DNA from: Haliotis cracherodii
Taxonomy: Eukaryota
DNA length: 64,000 bases
Assembly (NCBI RefSeq): GCF_022045235.1
Contig: NW_027266267.1
Location: 18,352,001-18,416,000 of the forward strand
Reading direction: 5' to 3'
Of the stretch, positions 48,781-63,190 are shown piece after piece (the first letter of the stretch is position 1; each line of letters starts with the position of its first letter). A program made the translations under genes and the position numbers. Under the pieces are notes generated by a model. That model was not told the DNA's origin and did not search any database. It worked only from the letters and a program-made list of their open reading frames with translations.

Positions 48781-48985
48781 TGTGAGTGAGTGTGTGTCAT
48801 GTTAACCGCCGCTTTTAACAGTATTCCAGTTATATCACGGTGTGTCAGCTTAATGTGGGAGGAAAGCCCCAAGTGATGCAGGTCTCAGACGTTTACCACG
48901 AGCAGGGGTATGGTGCTGACAAATCTAGAAACAGAATCGGGACGACCTGGGTTTCATGCTTGCCCAATGGACGCAACCCTGCACC
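48781..48985 (-). mobile_element. Family L SINE, partial
   Basis: Matches 1321-1580 and 59741-60017. Confidence 0.82.
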
Positions 48986-48999
48986 TATTATGTAGTGCT

Positions 49000-49101
49000 A
49001 TTATTATAATTATTATTATTAGCAGTAGTAGTAGTAGTGGTGTTAGTAGTAGTATAAAAGTAATAGTTGTAGTAGTAGCAGCAGCAGGAGTAGTAGTAGT
49101 A

Positions 49102-49138
<37 letters not shown>

Positions 49139-49386
49139 CATCAGCAGGGATAGTAGTAGTTGTAGCATCAGCATCAGCATCAGTAGTAGTAGTTGTAGTA
49201 GTAGCAGCAGCAGCAGGAGTAGTAGTAGTAGTAGTAGCAGCAACAGTAGTAGCAGTAGCAGCAGCAGGAGTAGTAGGAGTAGCAGCAGTAGTAGTGGAAG
49301 TAGTGGTAGTAGTAGTAGCAGCAACAGTAGTAGCAGTAGCAGCAGCAGGAGTAGTAGGAGTAGCAGCAGTAGTAGTGGAAGTAGTG

Positions 49387-49447
<61 letters not shown>
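49000..49447. repeat. Compound (ATT)/(GTA)/(GCA) trinucleotide microsatellite
   Basis: Direct reading. Confidence 0.95.
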
Positions 49448-49929
49448 AAACATAGAAACGGGTAATGTCTCGCTCTTAATACAGGTTATCTCGCGACGCC
49501 TTACAACAATGTCATCGTGACACCTCGGACATATCCAGTGTAATAGTTCATAACAATAGATTTCAACGAAAATAAACGTTTGCTGCCTAATTACGAGCCC
49601 TGGCAAAACGTATTTATATATAGTATAAAACGATGTGATTGTCTATACACTGAAGTTGACTGAAGATTTGTCTTTACTCAAACATATAAAAATCAGAAGG
49701 AATGTGTGCACAGTCAGAAAGAAATGCGAACATTAGTGACTTGTACAAATAAAGTGTAACCATGACATTTTATTGTATTTTTAATGTCATAAAAATATAT
49801 ATCACATGACTAACCACGGGTCTGGGTAGTCCTGTGGGTACCCGGGTCCAACTCAGTACCCACCCGACTCGAGTACCCGAGTTACCCGTCCCAGCCCTAT
49901 TTGCCGCGTCCAACAGTATCCAATCATTC

Positions 49930-52900
49930 TTCATAAATAACATGTCAACCCATTACTCTATTGGACAACCTGCAACGATATCACCTCGACATCCCAAAAC
50001 AAAATATCCTTGGCAACCACAGCAATATCACCTCTACACCAACACAAAATCCTCGACATCCCCCAAAAATATATCCCGACACCCAAAACAGTATCACTTC
50101 CACACCACACAGCAAAATATCAGCGACACCCCATACCAATATATTCTTGACACTCACATTAATCACCTGGACACCCCTCAAAAACATATCCTCAACACAC
50201 CCAACAATATATCATTGACACCCACAATAGTATCCCCCAGAACCCCACAACAATATATAGATACCAAAAGCATTATCATCTCGACACCCCTCAATAATTT
50301 ATCCTCAACTTCCACAACAATAGCACGTCGACCCTTACAATAATATATTCTCCATAACCAAAATATTATCACCTACATTTACACACCCATAACAATATAT
50401 CCATAACATTAACAACATTATCATCTCGACACCCCTCAATAATTTATCCTCAACTTCCACAACAATAGCACGTCGACCCTTACAATAATATATTCTCTAT
50501 AACCACAATATTATCACCTACATTTACACACCCATAACAATATATCCATAACATGAACAGCATCTCGACACTCCTCACTAATATATCCCACAACAATATT
50601 ACTTGGGAAGAACCCACAAAAATCTCACCTCAACACCCTACAGCAATAACACCCCGACAATCGGAAGAGGCATCACCTCACCACTCTGCATCAATTAACA
50701 CCACCGGGGAACATCCCCGGAAAAGCCCACAGCAATATCATATCCACACCAACACAAACACTTGACACCCAAAATGATATATCCCCGACACTCACAAAAA
50801 TCTCACTTTCATACCCCACAAAAATACATCATCGACACCCAATAACAATGTATCCTCAACACTCACACTATTATCACCCCGACAACCCTTAATAATATAT
50901 TCTCTACAAGCGACAACATTATCATCTCGACACCCCTGAATACTTTTCCCTCTGCACCATCAACAATATATGCTTGACACACACAATATTATCACCTCAA
51001 ACCCCACAAAAGTATATCATAGACACCAAAAGCACTATCGCCCCAACATCCCTCAATGATATATATTCTACAATAACACCTCGACCCTCACTATAATATA
51101 TCTTTGACACCTCAATAGGATCATCTAGACACCACATCCTCGGAAAGAAGCCACAACAATATCACCACAAAAACCTGCTACTTTAACACAACGACACCCG
51201 GGAGAAACATCTTCGGTACAATCCAGGACATCCCCGGAACACACTACACCAAAAACACCCCGATACCAAAGAGGAACATCTCCGTAACACCCTACACCAA
51301 TAACACCCCGATACCACAGAGGAACATCCCCGGAACACCCTACATCAATAACACCCCAATAATCACAGAGGAACATCTCCAGAACACCCTTCACCAAAAA
51401 CACCCCGACACCACAGAGGAACTTCCCCGGAACACCCTACACCAATAACACCCTGATACCAAAGAGGAACATCTCCGGAACACCCTACGGCAATAACACC
51501 CCGACACCACAAAGTAACATCCCCGGAACACCCTACATCAATAACACCTCAATAATCACAGAGGAACATCTCCGGAACACCCTACGGCAATAACACTCCG
51601 ACACCACAGAGGAACATCCCCGGAACACCCTACACCAATAACACCCCGATAACCACAGAGGAACATCCCCGGAACTCCCTACGGCAATAACACCCCGACA
51701 CCACAGAGGAACATCCCCACAACACCTTACACCAATAACACCCCGATAAACACAGAGGAACATCCCCGGAACACCCTACGGCAATAACACCCCCACACAA
51801 CAGAGGAACATCCCCGGAACACTCTACACCAATAACACCTCGAAACCACAGAGGAACATCCCCGGAACACCCTACATCAATAACACACCGTCATCACAGA
51901 GTAACATTCCCGGAACACCCTACACCAATAACACCCCGATACCACAGAGGAACATCTCCGGAACACCCTACATCAATAACACACCGTCACCACAGAGGAA
52001 CATCTCCGGAACACCCTACATCAATCACACACCGTCACCATAGAGGAACATTCCCGGAACACCCTACACCAATAACACCTCGAAAAAACAGAGGAACATC
52101 TCCGGAACCCCCTACATCAATAACACACCGTCACCATAGAGGAACATTCCCGGAACACCCTACGGCAATAACACCCCGATACCACAGAGGGACATCCCCG
52201 GAACATCCTACGGCAATAACACCCCGATACCACAGAGGGACGTCCCCGAAACAACCTACATCAATAACACCCCTATACCACAGAGGGACACCCCCGAAAC
52301 ATCCTATATCCATAACACAGAGGAACATCCCCGGAACACCCTACGGCAATAACACCCCCACACAACAGAGGAACATCCCCGGAACTCTCTACACCAATAA
52401 CACACCGTCACCACAGAGGAACATCCCCGGAACACCCTACACCAATAACACCCCGATACCACAGAGGAACATCCCCAGAACACCCTACATCAATAACACA
52501 CCGTCACCACAGAGGAACATTCCCGGAACACCCTACGGCAATAACACCCCGAAACCACAGAGGAACATCCCCGGAACACCCTACATCAATAACACAGCGT
52601 CACCACAGAGGAACATTCCCGGAACACCCTACGGCAATAACACCCCGATACCACAGAGGAACATCCCCAGAACACCCTACATCAATAACACACCGTCACC
52701 ACAGAGGAACATTCCCGGAACACCCTACGGCAATAACACCCCGAAACCACAGAGGAACATCCCCGGAACACCCTACATCAATAACACAGCGTCACCACAG
52801 AGGAACATTCCCGGAACACCCTACATCAATAACACCCCGACACCACAGAGGAACATCCCCGGAACTCCCTACACCAATAACACCCCGATAAACACAGAGG

Positions 52901-55900
52901 AACATCCCCGGAACACCCTACGGCAATAACACCCCCACACAACAGAGGAACATCCCCAGAACACCCTACACCAATAACACCCCGAAACCACAGAGGAACA
53001 TCCCCGGAACACCCTACATCAATAACACACCGTCACCACAGAGTAACATTCCGGGAACACCCTACACCAATAACACCCCGATACAACAGAGGAACATTCC
53101 CGGAACACCCTACATCAATCATACACCGTCACCATAGAGGAACATTCCCGGAACACCCTACACCAATAACACCCCAAAACAACAGAGGAACATCTCCGGA
53201 ACACCCTACATCAATAACACACCGTCACCACAGAGGAACATTCCCGGAACACCCTACGGCAATAACACCCCGAAACCACAGAGGAACATCTCCGGAACAC
53301 CCTACATCAATCACACACCGTCACCATAGAGGAACATTCCCGGAACACCCTACACCAATAACACCTCGAAAAAACAGAGGAACATCTCCGGAACCCCCTA
53401 CATCAATAACACCCCGATACCACAGAGGGACATCCCCGGAACATCCTACGGCAATAACACCCCGATACCACAGAGGGACGTCCCCGAAACAACCTACATC
53501 AATAACACCCCTATACCACAGAGGGACACCCCCGAAACATCCTATATCCATAACACAGAGGAACATCAGCGGAACACCCTACGGCAATAACACCCCCACA
53601 CAACAGAGGAACATCCACGGAACTCTCTACACCAATAACACACCGTCACCACAGAGGAACATCCCCGGAACACCCTACACCAATAACACCCCGATACCAC
53701 AGAGGAACATCCCCAGAACACCCTACATCAATAACACACCGTCACCACAGAGGAACATTCCCGGAACACCCTACGGCAATAACACCCCGAAACCACAGAG
53801 GAACATCCCCGGAACACCCTACATCAATAACACAGCGTCACCACAGAGGAACATTCCCGGAACACCCTACGGCAATAACACCCCGATACCACAGAGGAAC
53901 ATCCCCAGAACACCCTACATCAATAACACACCGTCACCACAGAGGAACATTCCCGGAACACCCTACGGCAATAACACCCCGAAACCACAGAGGAACATCC
54001 CCGGAACACCCTACATCAATAACACAGCGTCACCACAGAGGAACATTCCCGGAACACCCTACATCAATAACACCCCGACACCACAGAGGAACATCCCCGG
54101 AACTCCCTACACCAATAACACCCCGATAAACACAGAGGAACATCCCCGGAACACCCTACGGCAATAACACCCCCACACAACAGAGGAACATCCCCAGAAC
54201 ACCCTACACCAATAACACCCCGAAACCACAGAGGAACATCCCCGGAACACCCTACATCAATAACACACCGTCACCACAGAGTAGCATTCCGGGAACACCC
54301 TACACCAATAACACCCCGATACAACAGAGGAACATTCCCGGAACACCCTACATCAATCATACACCGTCACCATAGAGGAACATTCCCGGAACACCCTACA
54401 CCAATAACACCCCAAAACAACAGAGGAACATCTCCGGAACACCCTACATCAATAACACACCGTCACCACAGAGGAACATTCCCGGAACACCCTACGGCAA
54501 TAACACCCCGAAACCACAGAGGAACATCCCCGGAACACCCTACATCAATAACACACCGTCACCATAGAGGAACATTCCCGGAACACCCTACGGCAATAAC
54601 ACCCCGATACCACAGAGGTACATCACCGGAACACCCTACATCAATAAAACCCCGACACCACAGAGGGACATCCCCGGAACATCCTACGGCAATAACACCC
54701 CGATAACCACAGAGGGACATCCCCGAAACAACCTACATCAATAACACCCCGATACCACAGAGGGACACCCCCGAAACATCCTACATCCATAACACAGAGG
54801 AACATCCCCGGAACACCCTACGGCAATAACACCCCCACACAACAGAGGAACATCCCCGGAACACTCTACACCAATAACACCCCGAAACCATGGAGGAACA
54901 TTCCCGGAACACCCTACACCAATAACACCCCGAAACCACAGAGGAACATCCCCGGAACACCCTACATCAATAACACACCGTCACCACAGAGGAACATTCC
55001 CGGAACACCCTACGGCAATAAAACCCCGATACCACAGAGGAACATCCCCAGAACACCCTACATCAATAACACACCGTCACCACAGAGGAACATTACCGGA
55101 ACACCCTACATCAATCACACACCGTCACCATAGAGGAACATTCCCGGAACACCCTACACCAATAACACCCCGAAACCACAGAGGAACATCTCCGGAACAC
55201 CCTACATCAATAACACACCGTCACCACAGAGGAACATTCCCGGAACACCCTACGGCAATAACACCCCGAAACCACAGAGGAACATCCCCGGAACACCCTA
55301 CATCAATAACACACCGTCACCACAGAGGAACATTCCCGGAACACCCTACGGCAATAACACCCCGATACTACAGATGTACATCACCGGAACACCCTACATC
55401 AATAAAACCCCGACACCACAGAGGGACATCCCCAAAACATCCTACGGCAATAACACCCCGATACCACAGATGGACATACCCGAAACATCCTACATCGATA
55501 ACACCCCGACACCACAGAGGGACATCCCCGAAACATCCTACATCTATAACACAGAGGAACATCCCCGGAACACCCTACGGCAATAACACCCCCACACAAC
55601 AGAGGAACATCCCCGGAACACTCTACACCAATAACACCCCGAAACCACAGAGGAACTTCGCCGGAACACCCTACATCAATCACACACCGTCACCATAGAG
55701 GAATATTCCCGGAACACCCTACACCAATAACACCCCGATACCACAGAGGAACATTACCGGAACACCCTACATCAATCACACACCGTCACCACAGAGTAAC
55801 ATTCCCGGAACACCCTACGGCAATAACACCCCGATACCACAGAGGAACATTCCCGGAACACCCTACGGCAATAACACCCCGATACCACAGAGGTACATCA

Positions 55901-56280
55901 CCGGAACACCTTACGGCAATAACACTCCAATACCACAGAGGAACATTCCCGGAACACCCTACATCAATAAAACCCCGACACCACAGAGGGACATCCCCGA
56001 AACATCCTACATCGATAACACCCCGACACCATCGCCGGATCAACCCACACAAATATCACCACAACATCCTATGTCAATAACCCCCGACACTACGTAAGCC
56101 CATCCTCGGTACAAACCACAATATCACCACAGCACCCTACATCAATTACACCCCGACACCCGAGGAAACAACCTCGGTACAACCCAGAACAATATCACCT
56201 CAATACCCCGACACCAAGGAGAGCCATCCTCAGAACATCTCAAAACTGTATCACATCCACACCAACACAAATATACCCTT
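49930..56280. repeat. Satellite, 48-49 bp unit (accacagaggaacatccccggaacaccctacaccaataacaccccgat); homogeneous ~51225-56030 with degenerate flanks
   Basis: Period read directly; ~1.24-kb internal duplication (variant cgtccccgaaacaacc at 52241 and 53479). Confidence 0.95.
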
Positions 56281-56809
56281 GACATTGATGCTGCAAGTCC
56301 GACAATGATAAAAGCAGGGCAGAGGAGAGAAGCCAGCACCCGAAACCACATTCTGCATGAATGTGGGATATTAGGATAACTGGATTGTCTGGTCCAGACT
56401 GGATTATTTACATACCGCCGTCATATAGCTGGAATATTGTTGAGTGCGGCGTAAAACAACAAACCAAACCAAACCAGGATCAAGTAGTCGACTGGTCGAA
56501 TGACCCTGTATGATACTGAACTGTTGGGTTTTTTCAAATGTTGCACACTGGTGGTCTTGACTAACCTTCCACTTTCTGTGCTCCCTCGTGACTGCTACCG
56601 CTGATTACGAATGAATAAGTGTTAGAGATAAATATTTAATCATCTGGCACCTGATGCCAAGTCAGTGCCTTTCAATGATATGTCGCATTATCAAAGTAAT
56701 TGTCTCGAGCGTAAAGGCACTGAGGAGGGTATACAAGATGCAGTATTTAGCAGTCCTCAGCGCTACAGTGCTGCTACAAAGACTTCAGAATAATTAGTTG
56801 TTAGTTTTT

Positions 56810-57400
56810 TTTGCCTTTTGTATGATATGTTTCAAGAAAAGCATGAAAAGTTGTACCGATTGTCAGATATAAGCCTTTATGATAGTATTGCTATTTGAGG
56901 CGTTTCTGATCTATAACATTATTGTATAGGGCATGATTATTATTTTAACTTGTGTAGGACTTTTCCCCATTTTCGTTCAAATTGTAATAGACCATTGTAT
57001 TTTGTGGCAATATTTTTTTCAATCATAGCTGACTCGTTTAGTATTTTCCTAAATTGATCCAAACTTGGTTCCTCACCCTTAATACTTGATATATATATTT
57101 CTTTTACTGGATATTATAATATGATTTAGTAAAAGTTTATTTTTGTCAAATCCAAATATAACTGAGTATTTGGTAAGTGAGATCCTAGTATTGATATCAA
57201 GGTTTAAAAAGGTTTCCAGTTTGCTCCAAAAGTGTTTATTATATTCACTTTCCCAATATACATATATAAGGTTTTCACCATTTAAATAACAAAATGAGCA
57301 AATATCATTATCAACTAGTTTCATTTTTAACAATTCCTTTTTGGTGCAAATTATTCTATGGATGAACAGAATAATCAGTTTGTTCCTCACGATGAACATT
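56810..57400 (-). mobile_element. 3' fragment of L1/Tx1-like LINE
   Basis: IHRIICT..LLKMKLVDNDICSFC...ENL.YVYWE....FW (zf-RVT-like region). Confidence 0.75.
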
Positions 57401-57759
57401 CAATGTATGACACAGGCATACATCACTGCTAGAAATACATTGCCCTGGCGGTGAAGGTAAACAAGAATATAACTTGCCAAGCTTGGAACAGAAACACAGA
57501 GTAGTATCCAGTAAATACTGCTTTAAGTACGTATACACATTTCACTGGAGATTAATGAGTTGCTAACTGTAATCTCTATGTATATGTTGCTAAATATGCA
57601 AGTTAATCAACATCTGTTCTCAAAACAAATCCACATGGTTTAAGAAATGTCCTGGCATCTCATGGTTGGCTGTGAACGAATTGGCCCAGTGTGTGTCGTT
57701 GCACCCCAATCGCAGAGGTCGTTTTGGTTTTAGTTTCTGTTTTAGCCTTGTCTCGATGG

Positions 57760-58345
57760 CTATGCGTCACGTTTGCACAACCCAGCAGCTGTATAAAGCA
57801 CGTGAGTAATGTATGTCACATTTGCACTACTCATCGGGTGTATAACATCGGTCCGTAATATATGTCATGTTTGCACTTCCCAGCAGCTGTATAAAAGGGG
57901 CCAATATTATGTGTCATGTTTCCGCTTCCCAACATCCGTGTGACACGGGCCAGTACTGTGTGTCATGTTTGCACTACCCAACATCCGTGTAACACGGGCC
58001 AGTACTGTGTGTCATGTTTGCACTACCCAACATCCGTGTAACACGGGCCAGTACTGTGTGTCATGTTTTTACTACCCAACATCCGTGTAACACGGGCCAG
58101 TACTGTGTGTCATGTTTGCACTACCCAACATCCGTGTAACACGGGCCAGTACTGTGTGTCATGTTTGCATATCCCAACATCCGTGTAACACGGGCCAGTA
58201 CTGTGTGTCATGTTTGCATATCCCAACATCCGTGTAACACGGGCCAGTACTGTGTGTCATGTTTGCACTATCCAACAGGCGTGTAACACGGGTCAGTACT
58301 GTGTTTCGTGTTCGCCCTTCCTAACAGCCGTGTAACAGGACCCAG
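57760..58345. repeat. 49-bp tandem repeat with internal palindromes
   Basis: Unit gtgtcatgtttgcactacccaacatccgtgtaacacgggccagtactgt. Confidence 0.93.
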
Positions 58346-58349
58346 TTAT

Positions 58350-58735
58350 TGCCTTGTTGGGGTAATGTCACTATGGCCTTATGGGAGTAATATCACTATG
58401 GCCTTGTGGGAGTAATGTCACTATGGCCTTGTAGGAGTTATGTCACCATGTCCTTGTAGGAGTAATGTCACTATGGCCTTGTATGAGTAATGTCACTATG
58501 GCCTTTTTGGGGTAATGTCACTATGGCCTTGTTGGGGTAATGTCACTATGGTCTTGTGGGAGTAATGTCACTATGGCCTTGTTGGGGTTGTGTCAATATG
58601 GCCATGTAGGAGTAATGTCACTATGTCATTGTAGGATTAATGTCACTATGGCCTTATGGGAGTAATGTCACTATGGCCTTGTAGGAGTAATGTCACTCTG
58701 GCCTTATGGGGGTAATGTCACTATGGCCTTGTGGG
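58350..58735. repeat. 25-bp tandem repeat (gtaatgtcactatggccttgtagga)
   Basis: Direct reading. Confidence 0.93.
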
Positions 58736-58815
58736 GGGTTGTGGGGGCCGGGGGGAGGGGGGGGGTAGCTTAGTGTTGGAGAAAAGACCAAGATAATGTG
58801 AAGCTTGACGTTTAC

Positions 58816-58907
58816 CTCCATGTTAACATTGCTGGACAATGATCCTAAGTTCGTTGGCTCGAATCTCAGATTAGCACTGATTATGATCCTTGGTATGTCG
58901 TAAACAT
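58816..58907 (-). CDS. Possible exon of gene 2 (DVYDIPRIIISANLRFEPTNLGSLSSNVNME)
   Basis: catag acceptor (weak pyrimidine tract), AG|GTAAAC donor, open in phase 1. Confidence 0.35.
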
Positions 58908-58982
58908 CTATGATTAGCATTACTCAGACCGTTCCTCCTCGCGCCAAGATATAATACTACGAATAACGTCACACAGAGATCG

Positions 58983-59210
58983 GACCCATGATGATCCGGG
59001 TTAGATATGATGTTCAGCATCCAGTACTTGTCGTAAGAGGCGACTAATTATACAACGGTGTCGGGATGGGGTGGTCAGGCTCGCTGACTTGGCTGATGCG
59101 TGTCATCTTATCCCAGTCGTGTAGATCGATGCTCATGGTGTCAATCATTGAAATGTCTGATCCAGACTCGAGTATTTACAGACCTGAGACATAAAGCTGG
59201 TATATTGCTA
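58983..59210 (+). mobile_element. Diverged family B element
   Basis: Contains gtcgtaagaggcgactaa and ggtcaggctcgctgacttgg; further partial copies at 18415-18560, 56380-56475 and 60408-60604. Confidence 0.8.
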
Positions 59211-59740
59211 AAAAATTAATCCAACTAAGAGAATAAACATGGAAAACAAAACAGTGAACACAGAATACTGATTTTACAAAGCATGCTTTATTGATTTAAT
59301 TGCATAGATCTGGACGTTTTCATGGTGGAATGCCAATCCGTCAGTCTGAAAAATAAGTAACTATAAAATGCACATTCTATATACGGCAATAAAAGCGACA
59401 CAATATGTCAGTAATCAAAGGAAATATTTGCTTAAAGCAGAATCCATTGTACGATTCAAACTATAGCATGTGTTTATGAATCACTATCAAATAGCGATGT
59501 TACCAGGTGAACAGGTGAGCATATCCTGTCCCACGGTGGAACCAATCACAAACACATGCAAAGGCATGTCAAATGTTCACCGGAAAAAAATACGTGAACA
59601 TATGGTACAAGTCAAAACTAGAGGGAGCAGTGACACCATGCACCTGTTGGCGAGTGCTGTCCCCATGTATTTGTTGGGGAGGAGTGTGACCATGATCTTA
59701 TAGGCAAGTAGTGACCCCATGCTCCTATAGGCGAGACGTG

Positions 59741-60017
59741 ACACGGGTGGCCCAGTCGTCTCAGGCGCCGTGATTCGCTTTGCAGAGTTGCGTCCACTGG
59801 ACACGCCAGAAACCTATGACTGTGGGTTCGAATCCCGGTTCACCCCGATTATGTTTCTAGGTTTGTCAGCACCATACCCGTGCTCGTGGGTTTCACCGAA
59901 GTGGTAAACGTCTTAAACCTGCATCACTTCGGGCTTTCCTACCACATTAAGCTGACACGCCGTGATATAACTGGAATACTGTTAAAAGCGGCGTTTATCC
60001 GAACTCACACACTCACT
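59741..60017 (+). mobile_element. Family L SINE, near full length, inserted in a 27-bp repeat tract (~59620-60190)
   Basis: A box, B box GGTTCGAATCCC and tail; aggcgag.agtg units on both sides. Confidence 0.9.
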
Positions 60018-60226
60018 TAGAGGCGAGTAGTGTCACCATGCTCTTATAGGCGAGTAGTGTCACCATGCTCTTATAGGCGAGTAGTGTCACCATGCTCTTA
60101 TAGGCCAGTAGTGTCACCATGCTCTTATAGACAAGTGGTGTCACCTAGTATGTGTTGGCGAGTAGTGTCACCATGCTCTTATGGACGAGTACTTGTGAGT
60201 AGGTTGTGGAAAATGACTACCTTAAC

Positions 60227-60322
60227 CTGTTCCTGGAGTTGAGGTTGGAGCAGGGGTAGGAGCAGGGGTAGTATCGGAGCTGCTGCTGGAGCTGCTGCTG
60301 GAACTTGAACGTGCTGTCAGAC
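60227..60322 (-). CDS. Gene 2 Ser/Thr/Pro-rich exon (LTARSSSSSSSSSSDTTPAPTPAPTSTPGT)
   Basis: tttacttcttag acceptor, AG|GTTAAG donor, 96 nt, phase 1-1. Confidence 0.65.
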
Positions 60323-61429
60323 CTAAGAAGTAAAGTGGATATTAAACGGAACAGGCCATATTATCTTCCTCAGTTCTTTCTGAAAAAATGCAAGCTGTAA
60401 TATGCGATTATGCTTGTCGTAAGAGGCGAATAACGGGTGGTCAGGCTCGCTGACTCGGTTGATGCATTATCCCAAATGCGTGGATCGATGTTCGTGATGC
60501 CAATCACTGGATTGTCTGGCCCAGACTCGATCATTTACAGACCGCCGTCATATAGGTGGAATATTGCTGAATATGGCGTTAAACAACAAACAAAGAAACA
60601 AACCATCGTTCTGTAAATTTACCGAAATTTTATCACCTCAAAATAAAAAGTCAACATTGAAGTGACACTATTTTCTATAGCATGTGGAATGATGCATCAT
60701 GTAAATGTGATAATGCATACGTTTGACAGAATACTACTCATACGTCCTGTAATTGTATGAATGATAGAGCACAAACAGCAACACCGATTACAGTTCAGAG
60801 TACACAGACTGATCAGTCCTATCATCTTACGTCTCGCAAGGACTGCCTCTTCTCTCCGATATGCGTGGACTTAAGACATGTCCCCTGAAACAGTTTAAGA
60901 AACGAACGTATCAGAAAACATAATTTTGTCATGTTCGGGTTAGACAAGAGTTTTAAGATCAGCAGTATGAGTGGAATACATTTGTTTGCCTTTGCATGTG
61001 TTTGTGACTGATGCCACAGGTGGGGCAGTTGTACTTTTTTTTAATAAAAGGGATGAGGGAAAACAGTTTGCATTTACTTTTCTCACCAAGCATACTGGCT
61101 TGGAACACACTGTCAGTTTCCCTGAGACAGGAATTAGCTAGGCAGGATAAAAACAAGTATTATCTTTCAGCATGACAGTGTGACACGACAGGGATCGAGC
61201 CACCGACTTTCGGCTCTCTGGGCAGGCGCTCTATCTACTACACCTCGGAGGCGTTCCGTAATAGGCAAAGGGATGTAGAACCAAGCATATAACGTTAACG
61301 CCACTGAAAAATCAGTCTCAATTTTACGACGGAACAGATTCCACTGGGCGTTAAAAACAAAATAACAGCGAAAATTAAAAAATCACTCGTCATTGATACA
61401 GGAAAAATATGTTCAAGCAAGTTATGTCA

Positions 61430-62060
61430 TAATACAACAGTTGCACCATCACTCGTAATAGACACATGGCTGTAAAACCAAGCAGGTTCAGTCATGATAC
61501 AAGAGTTAAATTATCGCTCATAATAGACACAGGAATGTAAAATCAAGCAGGTTCAGCCATGATACAAGAGTTAAATTATCGCTCGTAATAGACACAGGGA
61601 TGTCAAACCAAACAGTCCCAGCCATGATTCATTAGTTAAATTATCGCTCGTAATAGACACAGGGATGTCAAACCAATCAGGTTCAGTCATGATACAAGAG
61701 TTAAATTATCGCTCGTAATAGACACAGGGATGTAAACCCAATCAGGTTCTGACATAATACAAGAGTTAAAGTATTGCTCGTAATAGACACAGGGATGTCA
61801 AACCAATCAGGTTCAGTCATAATACAAGAGTTAAATCATTGCTCGTAATAGACAGAGGGATATAAAACCAAGCAGGTTCAGTCATGATACAAGAGTTAAA
61901 TTATCGCTCGTAATAGACACAGGGATGTAAACCCAATCAGGTTCAATCATAATACAAGAGTTAAATTATTGGTCGTAATAGACAGAAGGATATAAAACCA
62001 AGCAGGTTCAGTCATGATACAAGAGTTAAATTATTGCTCGTAATAGACAGAGGGATATAT
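61430..62060. repeat. 65-bp tandem repeat (~9-10 copies)
   Basis: ctcgtaatagacacaggg at 61647 and 61712. Confidence 0.93.
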
Positions 62061-62806
62061 AACCAACAGGTTTTGTCAACCAGTCTCGATTATTTCCATT
62101 GGGCGTAAAAGGCAAACTACTTTTGTAAATTCGTCCAAGCAAATTCTGCCATGATACAACAAAAACATTATCACTCGTCCTTGATACAGGGTTGTAAAAC
62201 CGAGCTGGTTTGACAGAATACAGAAGATTCCCACTGTGACCGGATCCCAAACTAAAGAAAACGATGAAACAACAAATGCACTACCAACTATAACAAGGCA
62301 AAAGGTCTCATGCTGAGTGATGCCATATATAATGCATAAATATATGCACCAAATTCAGCAAATGTTTAAGCTTAATGTTCACGAATTTCATATTTTAGCC
62401 CCTGTTTGTTTTGTGGCAGGCATTTTATGATAAACATATCCACGGCTAGAACGGTTTATTGAAGTGAATCTAGAGATCACTACTGTAACCATACAAACTT
62501 GCACTTCCGGTAAGCAATAATACAAAGGTCAATATCACTTCAAAACAAAATAGATATCCGTTTACACTTTTAAAACCAGCTTCGGACTCACATGTTTACT
62601 TTCTGCCCGGTATTTGACGAACTCTTCGGGAGATAATTCATGCTAAATGCTGAACGAGTTCTTCACGAAATGTGATCTTCTGCAAGATAGATACATCTCT
62701 GCACCGAGTTGACATTTCTGCAACATATTCCCCAAACGAGGAATCTCGGAATACAGTGGAGACTGATAAAGAAGCAAGTGCCACCCTGATACAGGGACAT
62801 ACTAAC

Positions 62807-62873
62807 CATCAGCAGAGGATGCGGCCACGAAGAACACCAGGAGCAGCGCAGTGAGACACACGACTTTCATCAT
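62807..62873 (-). CDS. Gene 2 first coding exon, signal peptide (MMKVVCLTALLLVFFVAASSAD)
   Basis: ttcag acceptor directly before ATG, classic signal peptide, donor G|GTTAGT in phase 1. Confidence 0.75.
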
Positions 62874-63024
62874 CTGAAGATAACAGTTGAAACAGATATT
62901 AATATTGAATTACACCATCATTGTTTCTTGTCAAATAATATCATGATCGTTTGTGTGATAACACTTGATAGTTCACATGCACTACGTGTATGTACAATAA
63001 ACACTGTTCTCATGAAATGTACAA

Positions 63025-63190
63025 GTGAGTGAGTGAGTATGGTTTTACGCCGCATTTAGCAATATTCCAGCAATATCACGGCGATGGACACCAGAAATGG
63101 GCTTCACACATTGTACTTATGTCCGGAATCGAGCCGGGGTCTTCGGTGTGACGAGCGAACGCTCTAACCACTAGGCTACCCGACCTCCCC
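63025..63190 (-). mobile_element. Family D SINE
   Basis: 12-bp TSD tgaaatgtacaa (63013-63024, 63191-63202). Confidence 0.92.

Noticed and set aside
48910-49606. Poly-Val and poly-Leu ORFs
   Set aside because: Trinucleotide microsatellite artefacts.
57356-57538. Cys-rich ORF as an exon of gene 2
   Set aside because: In-frame stops follow every nearby acceptor tested.
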